Shown here piece after piece: positions 11,001 through 25,328 of a DNA stretch of 64,000 nt. The DNA is from Paraspadella gotoi. Taxonomy: Eukaryota > Animalia > Chaetognatha. A program made the position numbers and the translations under genes. The DNA lies in assembly GCA_051294375.1 (NCBI GenBank), contig CM119263.1, forward strand, positions 23,524,762 through 23,588,761. Reading direction: 5' to 3'. The notes under the pieces are model-generated. The model was not told the origin of the DNA. It was given only the letters and a program-made list of their open reading frames with translations, and did not search any database. Each line of letters starts with the position of its first letter. The first letter of the stretch is position 1.

Positions 11001-14000
11001 TTTATCTTTCATAACACGTTTATTTTTTTTTTTCTCGTTCACTTCATACGACGCGAATCGAATGTCACTACATCTCGCGAATCAAAAACACTGCTCTGCA
11101 ATTACATCATCGCAATCAATGAAAACGAAAAACTGCTAAATATTCCGATCAACACACGAATACGCAATAATAGGCATACCCGAATAGATACGACAAATTC
11201 CCCCAATGATATTAAATACGTCAATACAGTAAAAAACTCGGTGCGTCGATTTTGTGGGTGTTGGGGCTTTTATAGAATCGGTGTTGGTTGGTATTTCAGA
11301 CAAGTTGTAAGAGAGACACATACTCCGCAGAAAAAAATAGTCAAAATATCAAATGTAGAGATAATTTTTTTTTATTAAAGTGAGTACGTGCTTATATAAC
11401 GGATCCACGAAGTTGTCAGCAGCTTATACACCGAACATTGTGTTTTTTTTTTTTAAATTGTACATCCAGTGCCGATTGCGCATAAGAGTCCAAACTATCA
11501 CTCAATCATACTTATCATTCAAGGAGCTTTCAAAAAATAAAAAATAATAATTGATAACCGTCAGCTGATTTTTCCCTTTTTACCAGAGGGTTTTGTAAAA
11601 TCTTGAGGAATCTCCGCTTATGAAAACCTGGAGCATACAAACAACCCAGTGTATAAAAATTATCCATTCATTGCGTTAATAGGATATGAAGTCTCCAAGT
11701 CTTTCCGCCGCGACTTTGTGACAGGGCTGGGTGGTGGGGATTATAAGAGAGGAATTAGAAGAGCCTTCAGTGGCATCACTGCTAGAAAGGACGAATGCTG
11801 GAGGTTACATAGCATGTTCCACTGGCGAGAGAGCTGTATCGATCCGAAGACTCTACAACGAGTCCCGGCTGTGTAGGTAGATGTTGTACTCCCAGAGAAG
11901 GAAAGTAGCGCGGGCTTTTCACCTAATGACGAAAGTGGAATGAAGATAGGGGGGGACCATAAATACTATTATCCTATTAGAATTTCAGGGCAACAGTGAT
12001 TTAATAATTTTATTTCTATTCCCAGTTTTTTCATCATATGTTTTAACAATGCCTTTCTATTATTTAAGAATCTGGGAGCGTAATCGACATGCCGTTAATT
12101 CTATTGGATGTCCAGTGCAATTTTTTTTATGTCGCGGATCTGCTTATCAGCCAGATCCGACTTCTGTCGGGTCCGTCGGTCCTGCCCCTTCTAATCATGA
12201 TCGGAGCATTCACTTAATATCATGGTGGGCCGCAACAATCGAAATTATGATGATAAAAATTATGACAAAAAAAAAAAAGCTCGCAGGGTGGAACGAATGT
12301 CATTTGGTGCCGTCCGTGCAGCATAATTCCCCACCTCATTGTAATCGACAAAAACTCCAAATTTTCTAAACTCTTTTATTGTTAGTATTGGGTTGAAAAG
12401 ATTGGAGATTAATTCTGAGATTAATTTACTTATTTTTTTGTGTCTTGTGTTGAAGGAACGAGAGGGAGTGGTGATAGTGTATTATTGTCTGAGCTGGATA
12501 CTGGAAGGTTTTTTTTTGATGGAATCGTCAATGTGGAATTGAATTTTAAAAATAGAAAAAATCAAAAATGTTTCACTATTTTTGAAATGTCATGTGAATT
12601 TTTCTTACACGACATGAGGGTGGACGGGATTTGCTCGATTGATCTACTATAAATTTACTCGTCTGTATATGCTAGGGGGAATTAAATAATGGTTTGTAAA
12701 TGGCCCTTTAGATTTTGTGATATACGAAAAGGTGGAAAACTTTAAGTTTTCGTATTTTTTTAAAGCTCAGGGATTTTTTCTTAAAATATTCGTACTGGAT
12801 CTTTACGCGAAGTCCAACAGCCGCCAACACGGTAGTTTGAGAAGAATGAAGCTCTTGGCAAATTGGCCGTGAAAAAAACATATTAGAAAGAACCTGTTTC
12901 ACTAATTGATTCTTTTTTTTCCCGTTTTTTATATATTAAAGCTAGTATCAAACTTGCGAAAAGTTTATCTATTTATTATTAATTAATCAAATAATCAGTC
13001 AATTAGTCAATTATATGTTTAAATATTAATAATTAGATTCATATTCGTCAATCGTTTATCCCAGCATTATCTGTCGTTCGTCGCCATCATCGGTCGTTGC
13101 TTTTGGCGCGTTGATGTCACTGGTCCAGTGACTGAAAAGACCTAAAAAAGCAGGTTTCCCGCGTATCAGAATTTAATTAATTGATTAAATTAATATTATT
13201 TCATTTTTAAGGTCTCTAAATAGTATTTCTGTATTAAATTTACTCTCTACCGCATAATGGACTCGCTGGCAGATAATTATTTAGTGTACCGATCGATCTC
13301 CCTTTCCGGATCTTTGCTCCCTTGCTCACGTGAATCTGGTTTCTCTCCATTATGTTTTTATCCTTAAAGCATATATCTACGCAAAATATCCTGTGGTCAA
13401 AAAAAAGGGATTATCCACATAATTCCACGATCTCATTCGGATTTTATTTTGTGAAATTTATGTTTGCTCCTAGAAGTTTTTAGTTTAGTTCTTCATTTTA
13501 TTTAAATAAAATATATATGTAATTTGAAGACTCCCTAAACGGACGTAGACGATATGAAAATGTTCCCAATTCTTAACTAATCTATACATTTATTTATACC
13601 ATAATATTTATATATTTCTCTATCCTTAGAGTAAAACTTATAAATAATTTTTAAAATATGTTTCAAATAATTAAGTTTATAGCTGATTAAATCGCAGTGT
13701 GAATTTTAAAGGCTGAAATTAATAGCTGGCGCGGATTTTATGTGCGTGCACAGGACTATATAATTGTCTTGAAGATTTATTGATATACCCTAGTAGATTC
13801 GGTTATTTACTTTACATGCTCAACAGCCCATCAAAAATGTCCTTCAACTGACATTATGTTCTATTCTGCATTGGACGCTCGAGCAATCCATATTCGATCT
13901 GTGTATACTCCTTGATTTATGCAAAAACTTCCTAATGAGCCTCCATAAATGTAATTTCAATGTGAAATTTACGCTAGCATATGAAGCATTATATAACACG

Positions 14001-17000
14001 GATATGGAGGCGTTTGACCGACTCGAGACCGGGTTTCTCACTCGATCCCTGTCGCCCGTGTTCGTGCGCTCTCGCTCGCTCCTCCTCTGATCAGGTTGCG
14101 ATGAGCCCGAGATGGATATTGCAGCTATTCATGCGATCTGTCCGAACACTCGTCCAATCATTTGCGACGATTCCTTTGAATTCGTAGTTTCCCGGATCCG
14201 TCACACGGTCGGTCCGCGGTACACAAGCCAAGTTCGTCCACCCCGCGCGCTGCGCGGTGCCGCAGCGCGACTGTTTCTCGGCGACGTTGAGGTCCCTTGT
14301 CACCCTCTCGTTTTCGCTGCCCGACCGCAACGACACGCGGCAGACGCATATCGCGGATTGAAGCCGGGATAATCAGGAACCATGGGGCAGCAAGGGGCAC
14401 AGTGCGGCGTTCCAAGTGAGGGATCGCAGTGCGACCGCTTCGCGAACGTTGTTGATCGTTCTGTCCGATGCCGCCGATGGCAGCTAGTTTGCTGAGACGC
14501 GTGCGTGAAGAAATGTAACATTGTGATATACCCCTTCTCATAGGAGTTATGAACGGGATACGTTGATAGTGATAAACTTTATATCATATATTTCATATAG
14601 AAGAATGAAGAAATTTTCGATCGCGCTGAATCCGCGCTTTGTAAGATCATGTTGAATTGGCTATTTTCGTTTTTCCGATTAGAATCGGACGAAACACTCC
14701 GACCGCACAAATGCTATTAAAAACAACTTTTGTAGCGGAAACAATGTTGGTATCTGCCCTACAGAATTTAGAGCGGTAAACAGACGTAAATAAATAAAAT
14801 CCCGACAATATAAAGATAGAGAGTAATAAAATCACCATAGCTATAGTGAAAACTACTTAGCAAAATAAACCACTACAAATAATTTTGACCTAATGATTTC
14901 AACAATTAAATCGAATACTTCTTTTCTAACTGTGTCATATTCTTGTAATTTTGTATCATTTTTTAAGACTCGACCACCGGTTTTTTGGGAGGATTTTCTG
15001 TGAAATATGTAAATCGCTGTCTGCGCGTAGTCTTCGCTGGAACGGTTGAATACGGTCGGTCTGCGATCGGCGACAACGCTTCTTTCTTCTATATAGTTTT
15101 AGATACAGTAGTAGTTTTCCCGGGCTTGATTAACCGTGAAAAGGTTAACTCTCTCGCGCTGTGATTAACTGGTTAACTGGTATCAAATATTATTTTTATA
15201 TTAACGTTTAATAGTGATTGTATTTTTTTAACGGTTATGATTCCGGTTAACCTTTTCAAATAGGCGATTTTTGTTAATATTTGTTAGGAAAATCTGCTTG
15301 ATTTGTTTTTCTAAAACGCAGTGAAGTATTTTTCGCGTCGTCTCTTATTTTCACTCTCCCTATCTCACTCACCTCACTCCATATTTTCCCCCCCTTCTCT
15401 TTCTCCAATTTTTTTCAATGTTTATTCCGCTCTTTCTGTGTTCTTATCAACTCCCAATTCTTTTTCTAATTATCACTAATCCTTCTCTTCCTCTATTTCT
15501 GTTACTTTCCTTCTTCTTTATTTCCCTCTCAGCCTCATTCTCATACCTCTCTATGTCCTTTCTCTTTCTTTCCTCTCTGGTTTCCCCTCTCTTCCTTCTC
15601 CTCCCTCCCTTTCTTTCTCTCTACCTCTTCTCTTTTTCTGCATCTCCCTTCTCCTAGCTCATCTTTTTCTTCATCTCTCCTTCTCTCTCTCTCTCCCTCC
15701 TCACATCTCTTCGCCTTTTTGTGATTCTGTTTTGTCATCTCCTTCTATCCGAGACACAATCTTAGAGACAAAGTGTGGTAAAGTATTTTGCAAATGACAC
15801 GAATTGGTGTGTTTTTTCAGAGAGTGGACTGACCAACGTGACAGTTTAGGAATTTTCGGACTGTGTATTTATCAAGTGCCTTGTTCATGCGCTAGTGCGA
15901 ATCTCGGGTTTGGTGAAGGAATCATTGCAGAGAATTATATGTGTAGTATTAGAAGGAGAAAGATCGGAAGAGGAGAGCGAGAGAGAGAGAAGTAGCGACG
16001 GGGGAGTCCGGAACAAAGGCCGCTGAGGCACCGATGGTCTGGTCGATCTGTGTGTCATTTCTGGCTCGGTATGGCTCCCATTCTGTCTACAGATAAAATT
16101 GGTCGATGGTGCTAGACTGGAGGCGGCGGAGCGGGCGGGTTTCACAAAGGCTAGACAGGTGGGGACGCTGACGAGAGTTCGAGTCGAGTGGAGACGGGCC
16201 CTGCTAATGTGTCAGAAAAGTGAGTGGAAAAAAGCATTTTGCGCTCTCGTGTTACTCTTGTGAAAAAAAATAGTCGGTTCGTTGCCAAACTGTGTTAGTC
16301 GACGTCAGATACGCTCCATCTAAGTCTGCTGGAATCAAGCACGGAAGAAAGAGGTCGGAAATAGTGAGAGTGAGAAGAGACTGTGACAATGCATATTACG
16401 TTGAGAAGAGAGAGAAGTAGTGAATGATTGAAAACAGATAGAGTAAAGACTCGTGAATAGATGGCAAGAGAGTAGATAGCATGAAGCGATATTCTTGAAC
16501 AAATGTTAATGATTAATTAGTGCAGTAAAGACTTACCTATTTATGTTATTATTTATTAAAAAAAAGTATAACATAGAATTCTTGCATGTTCTCTTACATA
16601 CATAATTTGTGCAGTTTAGGACGCACTCGTTGTAGGACCAGCGAAACATAAGTAACATTATAATGTAAAATAAAAAAACGAGTGTCATGAATTAAAAAAC
16701 TATCAGTATAAAATAATAAATAAAATAAATATATATGATGAAAAATATTAGAGAGAAAGAGAGGGCCATTATTGGATACACAGGTAGAAGAAGTGGTGTT
16801 TAAAAAATCGTGAAAAGGCTAACTAGATTATAGAGGTATCACAGTATGTACTATAGAAAGTAATTACAGACTCAATGATGAGATATTGTGCGATTGCTCA
16901 CTAAATCTCAAGAACATCTGTTTTATATATATGAAAAACGCAAGGGACTGTGTGCTAGGAATTGCAAAAATATGGGCGAGCGACAAAAGGAAGACAAGAT

Positions 17001-20000
17001 TAGTTTTAGTGATGATAGAGTGAATAATAGAAAATATTGAAATCTCTTCTGCTGTGAGAAGTGCGACCCAATGCTAGCACCATTACAAATCTAAAACTTC
17101 ATATCCATCAAGACGTAGCTCGCAAAATTTTACACACTCTCGTCATCATCATTATATTTTAAAATAACCTCATAGTGTGTGATAATTCTTATTAGTTTGC
17201 AGTTTGCTCTTTGATATTGTTGTTTGAAGATGAAGAGGGAAGAGAACGTGAAACAACTAGGAAAAATTTAGAGAGAGATATGAGGAAGAGAGAATACGAG
17301 GAGAAAGAAAAAGGATACGCTCGAAAAGAGAGAAAGAGAAAGATCTCTGGAGAGAGAGAAAACGAAAAAGACAAACTTTTACAATATAAGACTTGTAGAT
17401 ATGATACACTTGCTTGGCTTTTCTTTCTTGACTTGTTTTATATTGTATTCAGGCTTAACGGCAGAAAGAAAAAAACTTGTATGCAAGATTTATCCATGAT
17501 GTATTATCATTGATTAGGCTGATAAGCTCAATTATCATTGGCATTAATGTTCAAGATGAGTTTGCTTCAAAACATTTTCTCGATTGTAGAAACGTTATAA
17601 TGAAGGAGATTGCATACCTCATCTATCTGAAGATAAGAGACCACGATAAAGAAGGTGTTCACTTTAAATACTTTTAGTTTGTTTCTCAAATATAGTATTT
17701 ATGAGTTATTTAAGAGTTGAAATTAATAAAAATTAAAAAAAATGTTATGAGTGTTAAAACAGGTTTTTAGAACGACGAATTTCTGAAAATTTAATGAATA
17801 AGCGAAACTCTATATGACTAGGTGTGATTAAGCTGGAAATCAAAGTTTCGATTGAATCGCCTGAGTGGGAAATGAGTTTAAAGTAGAAAAAAGCAAAAAA
17901 GCCTGTTTCACTAATTGAGTTTAAGCTATACTTTTTTTCTATTGTAAATGGAGATGTATTAATCAATCAAATATTAATCAGAGCGCGGAGCATTAAATTA
18001 CAAAGATACTGATATATGACGCTCTTTGTGTCCCCTTAATTCTTTTGTATTTGATATAATAACTATGACCAAGATAAAAAAAATGAAAATTTCACCTAGC
18101 CGTTTCGCCTCAATTTTCCCCGTTCTCGTCGCATTTTAAAAAGCAATTTTGATGCCAAAAAAATTGTAAAAAAAATAGGCAAAATTTGATATCAAAGAAG
18201 CTGGCACATAAATTTTACTTTTGTTCAAGTAAATAATAGTTAATAGACAAAGAACTTTTAAACCCGTTCTTCACCATTAAAATAAATAGAAAGTCCGGCT
18301 TATATAAATATTTGAGTGATTTCTAAAGAAAGTTATTTTCATAAAAAAATGTGTTAAAAGTTAAGAAAAATGAAAAATAGTTACCAAAGCCACATAACGC
18401 TAGTCAATATCCTTTTTAAAGCTTTATATTTAAAAAGACGTGTTAAATTGGATAGGATTGACAATTGGACAGATTTACGACAAGTATTTAGGGGTGGGAC
18501 ACGGAGCCGACTAAGTGAATTAGTAGAGTCGGAAATCTGCTGATAAGTACAAGTCGAACTAAAAAGACCCCAAATAAATACGCGCCTCCTAAAGCCCATT
18601 TCTTGTTTTATTCCAAGGCCCTTGTGAATGTCGCGCTCCACCGGTTGCTCCACGATCGTCTTCAGGGGCAACCGGTCGATCGGCCGCCTTTCCAGTCGAC
18701 GCCGTCGTTCCGAATCGTCCGTAGACGAAGTCCGACTGCCTGACGGCCATCGACACGGATGCGCCCCGTTGAGCCCCGGTAGTCGCCGGAGAGCCTCCAT
18801 TGAAGCGAGGGGCTGACCGTAGAGGCATCTCAGCGTGCATTTTGTGGGCATCTGAGCGCACTCGCTCCGGCGGACCGACGCGTTATTTCGATAATTTACG
18901 GGAAGCGAGAGGCTATTTCACAGAGGAGGAGCGATATCCTATATTTCTCGGGTGCGAACATTCTCAGGGAAAGGCTATGTTTAGCTGATGATAGGTATGC
19001 CGACCCGGATGGTTGAACATTCGATGGGGAGTGAATTTCAACTGATAGCACTTCACTATTTACCTATGAATTTTTTAATTGGATTTAAAAAAATTTATAG
19101 AAAACTCGCGTCTTTAGAGACGTTTTTATTCTGGTTTTTTATTTTTGTCTTGTTTTTGTCTAATAAAATAAACTTTTACTAATTAAATTAATAACTAATG
19201 GAATAATTTTTACTTTCGCCGACAGGGTTAGGGAGAGGGTGTGGTTTTAGGCCTGTTAGAGGGTGGTTAGGGTTAAAATAATTAAGTAATTAATTTTTTT
19301 TTAAGAGTAATTTTTATTACACTGTCCAATAATATTTACAATAATTATTTTTTGAAATGGTTCTAAATATATTCTATAACGCTTAAGCCGAACTTTATTT
19401 TAATTTAATTTACCCTTAACTTCATACCCCTATTTCCTTAATCTTGCCCCTAACCCTAACTTACCCCTAACCCTAACTTACCCTAATATTTTTAACCTTA
19501 ATTTATTTCTATAGTTTTAACTACACTTATTCTTAAGTGTTATTAATAACCATTTAAATTATTAAGAGAGTATAACCCTTAATTTTGATACCCAATTAAA
19601 TATGTATGTTACCATTTTAAATAACAATAATAAAAATATTTTAAAAAAAAATGATATTCTGAATTCCTTTATTTTACGTTATTAAACGTCTTATCCTCTT
19701 CCGTTCCATTTCTTCTTTCTTCTTTTTCCCGTTAATTCTTTAGAAAAACCCTTGCCTCTTCGTTTTTTCCATAGGGCCTCCAGAGTGGGGCATTGATCTC
19801 CAGGAATGCGCCTAAAAAAGATTTTTTTGTATGTATATTTCTTAACCTTTAAACCCCGCTTAAACCGCAATAAAAAGATACTCTTGATAACGACCTAAGA
19901 ACCATTCCACAATAACGCACAGATCAGACGAAGAAAGAATTATTCTTTCTTTTGTTTGTTCCCTCCGTGTTCCTCGCTTTTGAACAAGGCGGAATAATTG

Positions 20001-20498
20001 TCTAAAATGAAGACAAAAGGTATCGGTTATGCGTTATGTTTTTCCGAAAAGAAGGCTGTAACAAAATTAAAACTGACATCGCTTTTTAGAAAGTCTCAAA
20101 TCCTTCCGATTGATCCGATTATTTTATAATACTTTGAAGTATTATACTTATATACTTAGGACACTGTTTTTTTTTAACCATGCCAGTCGAAACTGGACAC
20201 GCCCCACTATGCGCTATAAAACTTTTTAAAAAGAATATTTTTACAGGAGAGAGAATGATGTAAAGGTGCAGGTGTGTTTCGGGTGGACAGTGAATACGCC
20301 TGCAAAACCATTCCTCAGTTTCCCCGGTTGTTTGTAGCCACGAGGTGCCAGAAACATGACGGCAACTATGAAGACCTGAAACTATATCATAAAAACTTAT
20401 TTAATAAAATTTCTAACAAATTATTATTTTTATAAGGGAAATATTTATTTATGATCTTGCCAAAGTTAAAGGAAACGAGAAAAAATTCTCCGATCAAC
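8100..20498. other. Low-accuracy (probably raw long-read) extension that redundantly overlaps downstream contigs
   Basis: Three collinear, insertion-rich copies: ~8230-8380 = 20524-20641; ~12600-12870 = 21675-21835; ~16755-17115 = 22885-23120. The block ends at an exact 25-N spacer (20499-20523). Confidence 0.7.
19224..19486. repeat. Degenerate telomere-like repeats in opposite orientations (TTAGGG-like, then CCCTAA-like)
   Basis: gggttaggg...ggttagggtt at 19224-19275; ccctaaccctaacttac x2 plus ccctaa at 19447-19486. Confidence 0.6.
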
Positions 20499-22432
20499 NN
20501 NNNNNNNNNNNNNNNNNNNNNNNCGAGAAGAATGATTGATTTTAGTTAAAGCTTCACTTCAATAGAGAAGATTTCGTCCCGAACTGAAAAGATGGGCGCG
20601 GGCCCGTCAAAAGAGAAGCCAAGAATCTTAACAGATTTTGANNNNNNNNNNNNNNNNNNNNNNNNNNNNNNNNNNNNNNNNNNNNNNNNNNNNNNNNNNN
20701 NNNNNNNNNNNNNNNNNNNNNNNNNNNNNNNNNNNNNNNNNNNNNNNNNNNNNNNNNNNNNNNNNNNNNNNNNNNNNNNNNNNNNNNNNNNNNNNNNNNN
20801 NNNNNNNNNNNNNNNNNNNNNNNNNNNNNNNNNNNNNNNNNNNNNNNNNNNNNNNNNNNNNNNNNNNNNNNNNNNNNNNNNNNNNNNNNNNNNNNNNNNN
20901 NNNNNNNNNNNNNNNNNNNNNNNNNNNNNNNNNNNNNNNNNNNNNNNNNNNNNNNNNNNNNNAAAAAAAACGAAAAGAATTTCCACCCAAGAAGCCCGGT
21001 TGTTTTATCCTCTCCCCTTTATCCTCTATAATTACCATCAAATTTCTCAACCAAAAAAAAAAAGAAAAAAAGCGGGAAACCCTCCTGACGTCGATATACG
21101 GAGGACGACAACATCGAAAACGCTCCAAAACAACAACAACAACAACAACGATAACAATAAGGACGAACGAAATTCAAATCGAACTCTGTTTGGGGCTTTG
21201 ATCGGAAAGAAGAGGAGAAAAAAAAAAGAAGTGGAGATCGAGTTTCCCGCTTTGTTTGTCGCGCAGTCAACTCATCATCGTCATTTGTTTACTCAGTTTT
21301 TGACTCCTTGACAACGGATTGCGGGCGTCGGTGGAGGGGGGNNNNNNNNNNNNNNNNNNNNNNNNNNNNNNNNNNNNNNNNNNNNNNNNNNNNNNNNNNN
21401 NNNNNNNNNNNNNNNNNNNNNNNNNNNNNNNNNNNNNNNNNNNNNNNNNNNNNNNNNNNNNNNNNNNNNNNNNNNNNNNNNNNNNNNNNNNNNNNNNNNN
21501 NNNNNNNNNNNNNNNNNNNNNNNNNNNNNNNNNNNNNNNNNNNNNNNNNNNNNNNNNNNNNNNNNNNNNNNNNNNNNNNNNNNNNNNNNNNNNNNNNNNN
21601 NNNNNNNNNNNNNNNNNNNNNNNNNNNNNNNNNNNNNNNNNNNNNNNNNNNNNNNNNNNNNNNNNNNNNNNNNNTGATTTTTACACGACGGGATTTTCTA
21701 ACCGCTTAGAATTTGTTTTAAATCCTTAGATTTTACGAAAGATTTAAATATTCTTTTTTTTTTAAAGCTCAGATTTTTCTAAAGGGATCTTTTTACGAGT
21801 CCACAGCGCCACGAGAACGAGCCTTTGGGTCGTTAAGCAATCCTTGTTTTTTCTATGAATTAGTTGGTCCCTCGAGATTTCGTAGTCAAGTTTCTCTGCA
21901 AGGACGACGACTCCTTTTTCCCTAAATCGCTCTCCATTGTTTCCGACGCCTTTCGGCCAAATTCACGCGTAATTTGTAGAATTTTTTTTTTAAGAAGCGA
22001 CGATATAAATGTTCACGCAACTTCTTTTATTTTTTACCGGGAGCGTGTGGTTTATTCTATTGGTTTTCGTCGGTAATAATGATTATGTTATTATGTTATG
22101 CTAATAATGATTAATGAAAATTACAAAAAGAAATAAAAAAGAGCTGAGCCGGGTTCCACGCGTCGGTTTCTCAATTCAACATTCACACATGCATTCAGAC
22201 GATTTGGTGATTCGGCCGTCACAATTCACGGGCGGGGCTTTTAATGGTTCTGGGCCGACGACGACGATGAAGGCGATGCACCGACGACGATGACAATGAG
22301 CAATAGCGATGACGATTACGATTCGACAACGACGAGAACGACGACAACGACGACAACAACAACAACTGTATTCTTTAAGGTCGACAATGAAGCCGACGAC
22401 GTCGTATACGCTGTCGTCCGGTGTGTCCGGAT

Positions 22433-22465
<33 letters not shown>

Positions 22466-23870
22466 NNNNNNNNNNNNNNNNNNNNNNNNNNNNNNNNNNN
22501 NNNNNNNNNNNNNNNNNNNNNNNNNNNNNNNNNNNNNNNNNNNNNNNNNNNNNNNNNNNNNNNNNNNNNNNNNNNNNNNNNNNNNNNNNNNNNNNNNNNN
22601 NNNNNNNNNNNNNNNNNNNNNNNNNNNNNNNNNNNNNNNNNNNNNNNNNNNNNNNNNNNNTGGCGCTGAATCGAATGGGAATCGATCCTGATGCTCGGGA
22701 GAGGAGACAAGGGGGAGAGAGGCGAAAGAGGAGAGCGAGTGGGAGAGAGAGGAGAAACAGAGGAAAGCGAAGAGAGAGAGAGTGAGGGGACAATGTGTAA
22801 AGTGGGGCCTAATGAGTAACAACCGATCCAAAGAGAGGAGAGGCAGATATTTAAAAAGGTGTCTCTTCGAAATAAAAAGTGCATGGAGGCCATTGGACGG
22901 TGTGGAAAAAGTTTGGAAAGTAGATAAGCAATTACAGATAATGAGATATTGTGGATGCAATCTCAAGAACTGTTTATACTGAAACAAGAACTGTGCATAG
23001 GAATGAAAAATATGCGAGCACAAAATGCAGTAGTTTAGTGGAGAGGAAACGAAATTGAATCTCTGCTTTGAGAAAGGCTCATTTGCTAGCACCATTACAA
23101 ATCCATCAATCCAAAGCGAAGATGAAATTTCACTCTTCCTCTCAAATTTTAAAAACCTGCTTATTAGTATGCTTGATGTGTGTNNNNNNNNNNNNNNNNN
23201 NNNNNNNNNNNNNNNNNNNNNNNNNNNNNNNNNNNNNNNNNNNNNNNNNNNNNNNNNNNNNNNNNNNNNNNNNNNNNNNNNNNNNNNNNNNNNNNNNNNN
23301 NNNNNNNNNNNNNNNNNNNNNNNNNNNNNNNNNNNNNNNNNNNNNNNNNNNNNNNNNNNNNNNNNNNNNNNNNNNNNNNNNNNNNNNNNNNNNNNNNNNN
23401 NNNNNNNNNNNNNNNNNNNNNNNNNNNNNNNNNNNNNNNNNNNNNNNNNNNNNNNNNNNNNNNNNNNNNNNNNNNNNNNNNNNNNNNNNNNNNNNNNNNN
23501 NNNNNNNNNNNNNNNNNNNNNNNNNNNNNNNNNNNNNNNNNNNNNNNNNNNNNNNNNNNNNNNNNNNNNNNNNNNNNNNNNNNNNNNNNNNNNNNNNNNN
23601 NNNNNNNNNNNNNNNNNNNNNNNNNNNNNNNNNNNNNNNNNNNNNNGTTCGCTCGTCCCGCGTCCTGAGCGTCACGCGTCATTTCTCGTGATTGATGTTC
23701 GCGCGGACGAAGTTGTTTTTGAAAGACTCTCGAGTTTTTGCGTCGGCGGCGTCGGGCGGCGTCGGGCGGCGTCGGGCGGCGTCGGCGGCGTCGATGAGTC
23801 AAGGAATCCATTAGTGAGGAAGTCAGGTGTGACGCCGAGAGCGGACGGAGGATGTGAACGACGACGGCGT

Positions 23871-23905
<35 letters not shown>

Positions 23906-25328
23906 AAGATGAAGAATACGACGACGAGTTGAACCATAACGATTATGACAACAACAACAACATTAAAAATTAGCGACAGCAACGACGTGGAAGCGGACAT
24001 GAAGAGGATGTGGTTATGTCTTATGAGAATATAGACTGACTGAAAGCTCAATTGGTTTATATTGTTTCTTCATTTATAAAACCTATCATGTATCATTATG
24101 AGTCGCCATAACGGGGAAGAACTGAAACAAAGATGATAATATTTTTTCTAGACATAGGAAAAAAAAAAGTTAACAATTGAATTCAAAAAGAAAAAAAGTG
24201 ACGAGTCAGCGATTAACGCGTCAGAGAAAAAGGTTGATATGATGCAAGTTAAATAACTGCAGATACGATGGTACGAATTATTTTAATGTGAATTCGATCA
24301 ACACGACGAGAATAAGAGAAGCGACAAAATCGTGCCAGAAACATCCGAGAAAGAAAAAAAAACGAGTTCTGTCTGTCTAACAAAAAAAAAAAAAATCAAT
24401 TCTGACCCGGACACGGGAGGGGCGAAAGACAACACAAAACAAAGGACTTAACACAAAGACGACGAAATCGAATGGGAAAGGATGACAATTACGACGATGA
24501 CGAACGACTTAACGATGATGAAGAATTGACTNNNNNNNNNNNNNNNNNNNNNNNNNNNNNNNNNNNNNNNNNNNNNNNNNNNNNNNNNNNNNNNNNNNNN
24601 NNNNNNNNNNNNNNNNNNNNNNNNNNNNNNNNNNNNNNNNNNNNNNNNNNNNNNNNNNNNNNNNNNNNNNNNNNNNNNNNNNNNNNNNNNNNNNNNNNNN
24701 NNNNNNNNNNNNNNNNNNNNNNNNNNNNNNNNNNNNNNNNNNNNNNNNNNNNNNNNNNNNNNNNNNNNNNNNNNNNNNNNNNNNNNNNNNNNNNNNNNNN
24801 NNNNNNNNNNNNNNNNNNNNNNNNNNNNNNNNNNNNNNNNNNNNNNNNNNNNNNNNNNNNNNNNNNNNNNNNNNNNNNNNNNNNNNNNNNNNNNNNNNNN
24901 NNNNNNNNNNNNNNNNNNNNNNNNNNNNNNNNNNNNNNNNNNNNNNNNNNNNNNNNNNNNNNNNNNNNNNNNNNNNNNNNNNNNNNNNNNNNNNNNNNNN
25001 NNNNNNNNNNNNNNNNNNNNNNNNNNNNNNNNNNNNNNNNNNNNNNNNNNNNNNNNNNNNNNNNNNNNNNNNNNNNNNNNNNNNNNNNNNNNNNNNNNNN
25101 NNNNNNNNNNNNNNNNNNNNNNNNNNNNNNNNNNNNNNNNNNNNNNNNNNNNNNNNNNNNNNNNNNNNNNNNNNNNNNNNNNNNNNNNNNNNNNNNNNNN
25201 NNNNNNNNNNNNNNNNNNNNNNNNNNNNNNNNNNNNNNNNNNNNNNNNNNNNNNNNNNNNNNNNNNNNNNNNNNNNNNNNNNNNNNNNNNNNNNNNNNNN
25301 NNNNNNNNNNNNNNNNNNNNNNNNNNNN
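20499..25328. other. Cluster of assembly gaps (N-runs) separating short contigs
   Basis: N-runs at 20499-20523, 20642-20962, 21342-21673, 22466-22660, 23184-23646, 24532-25328. Confidence 0.98.
23742..23792. repeat. GC-rich minisatellite (CGGCGTCGGG)n
   Basis: About 4-5 copies of a 9-10 nt unit, followed by (GAC/GAT)n at ~23860-23925. Confidence 0.85.
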
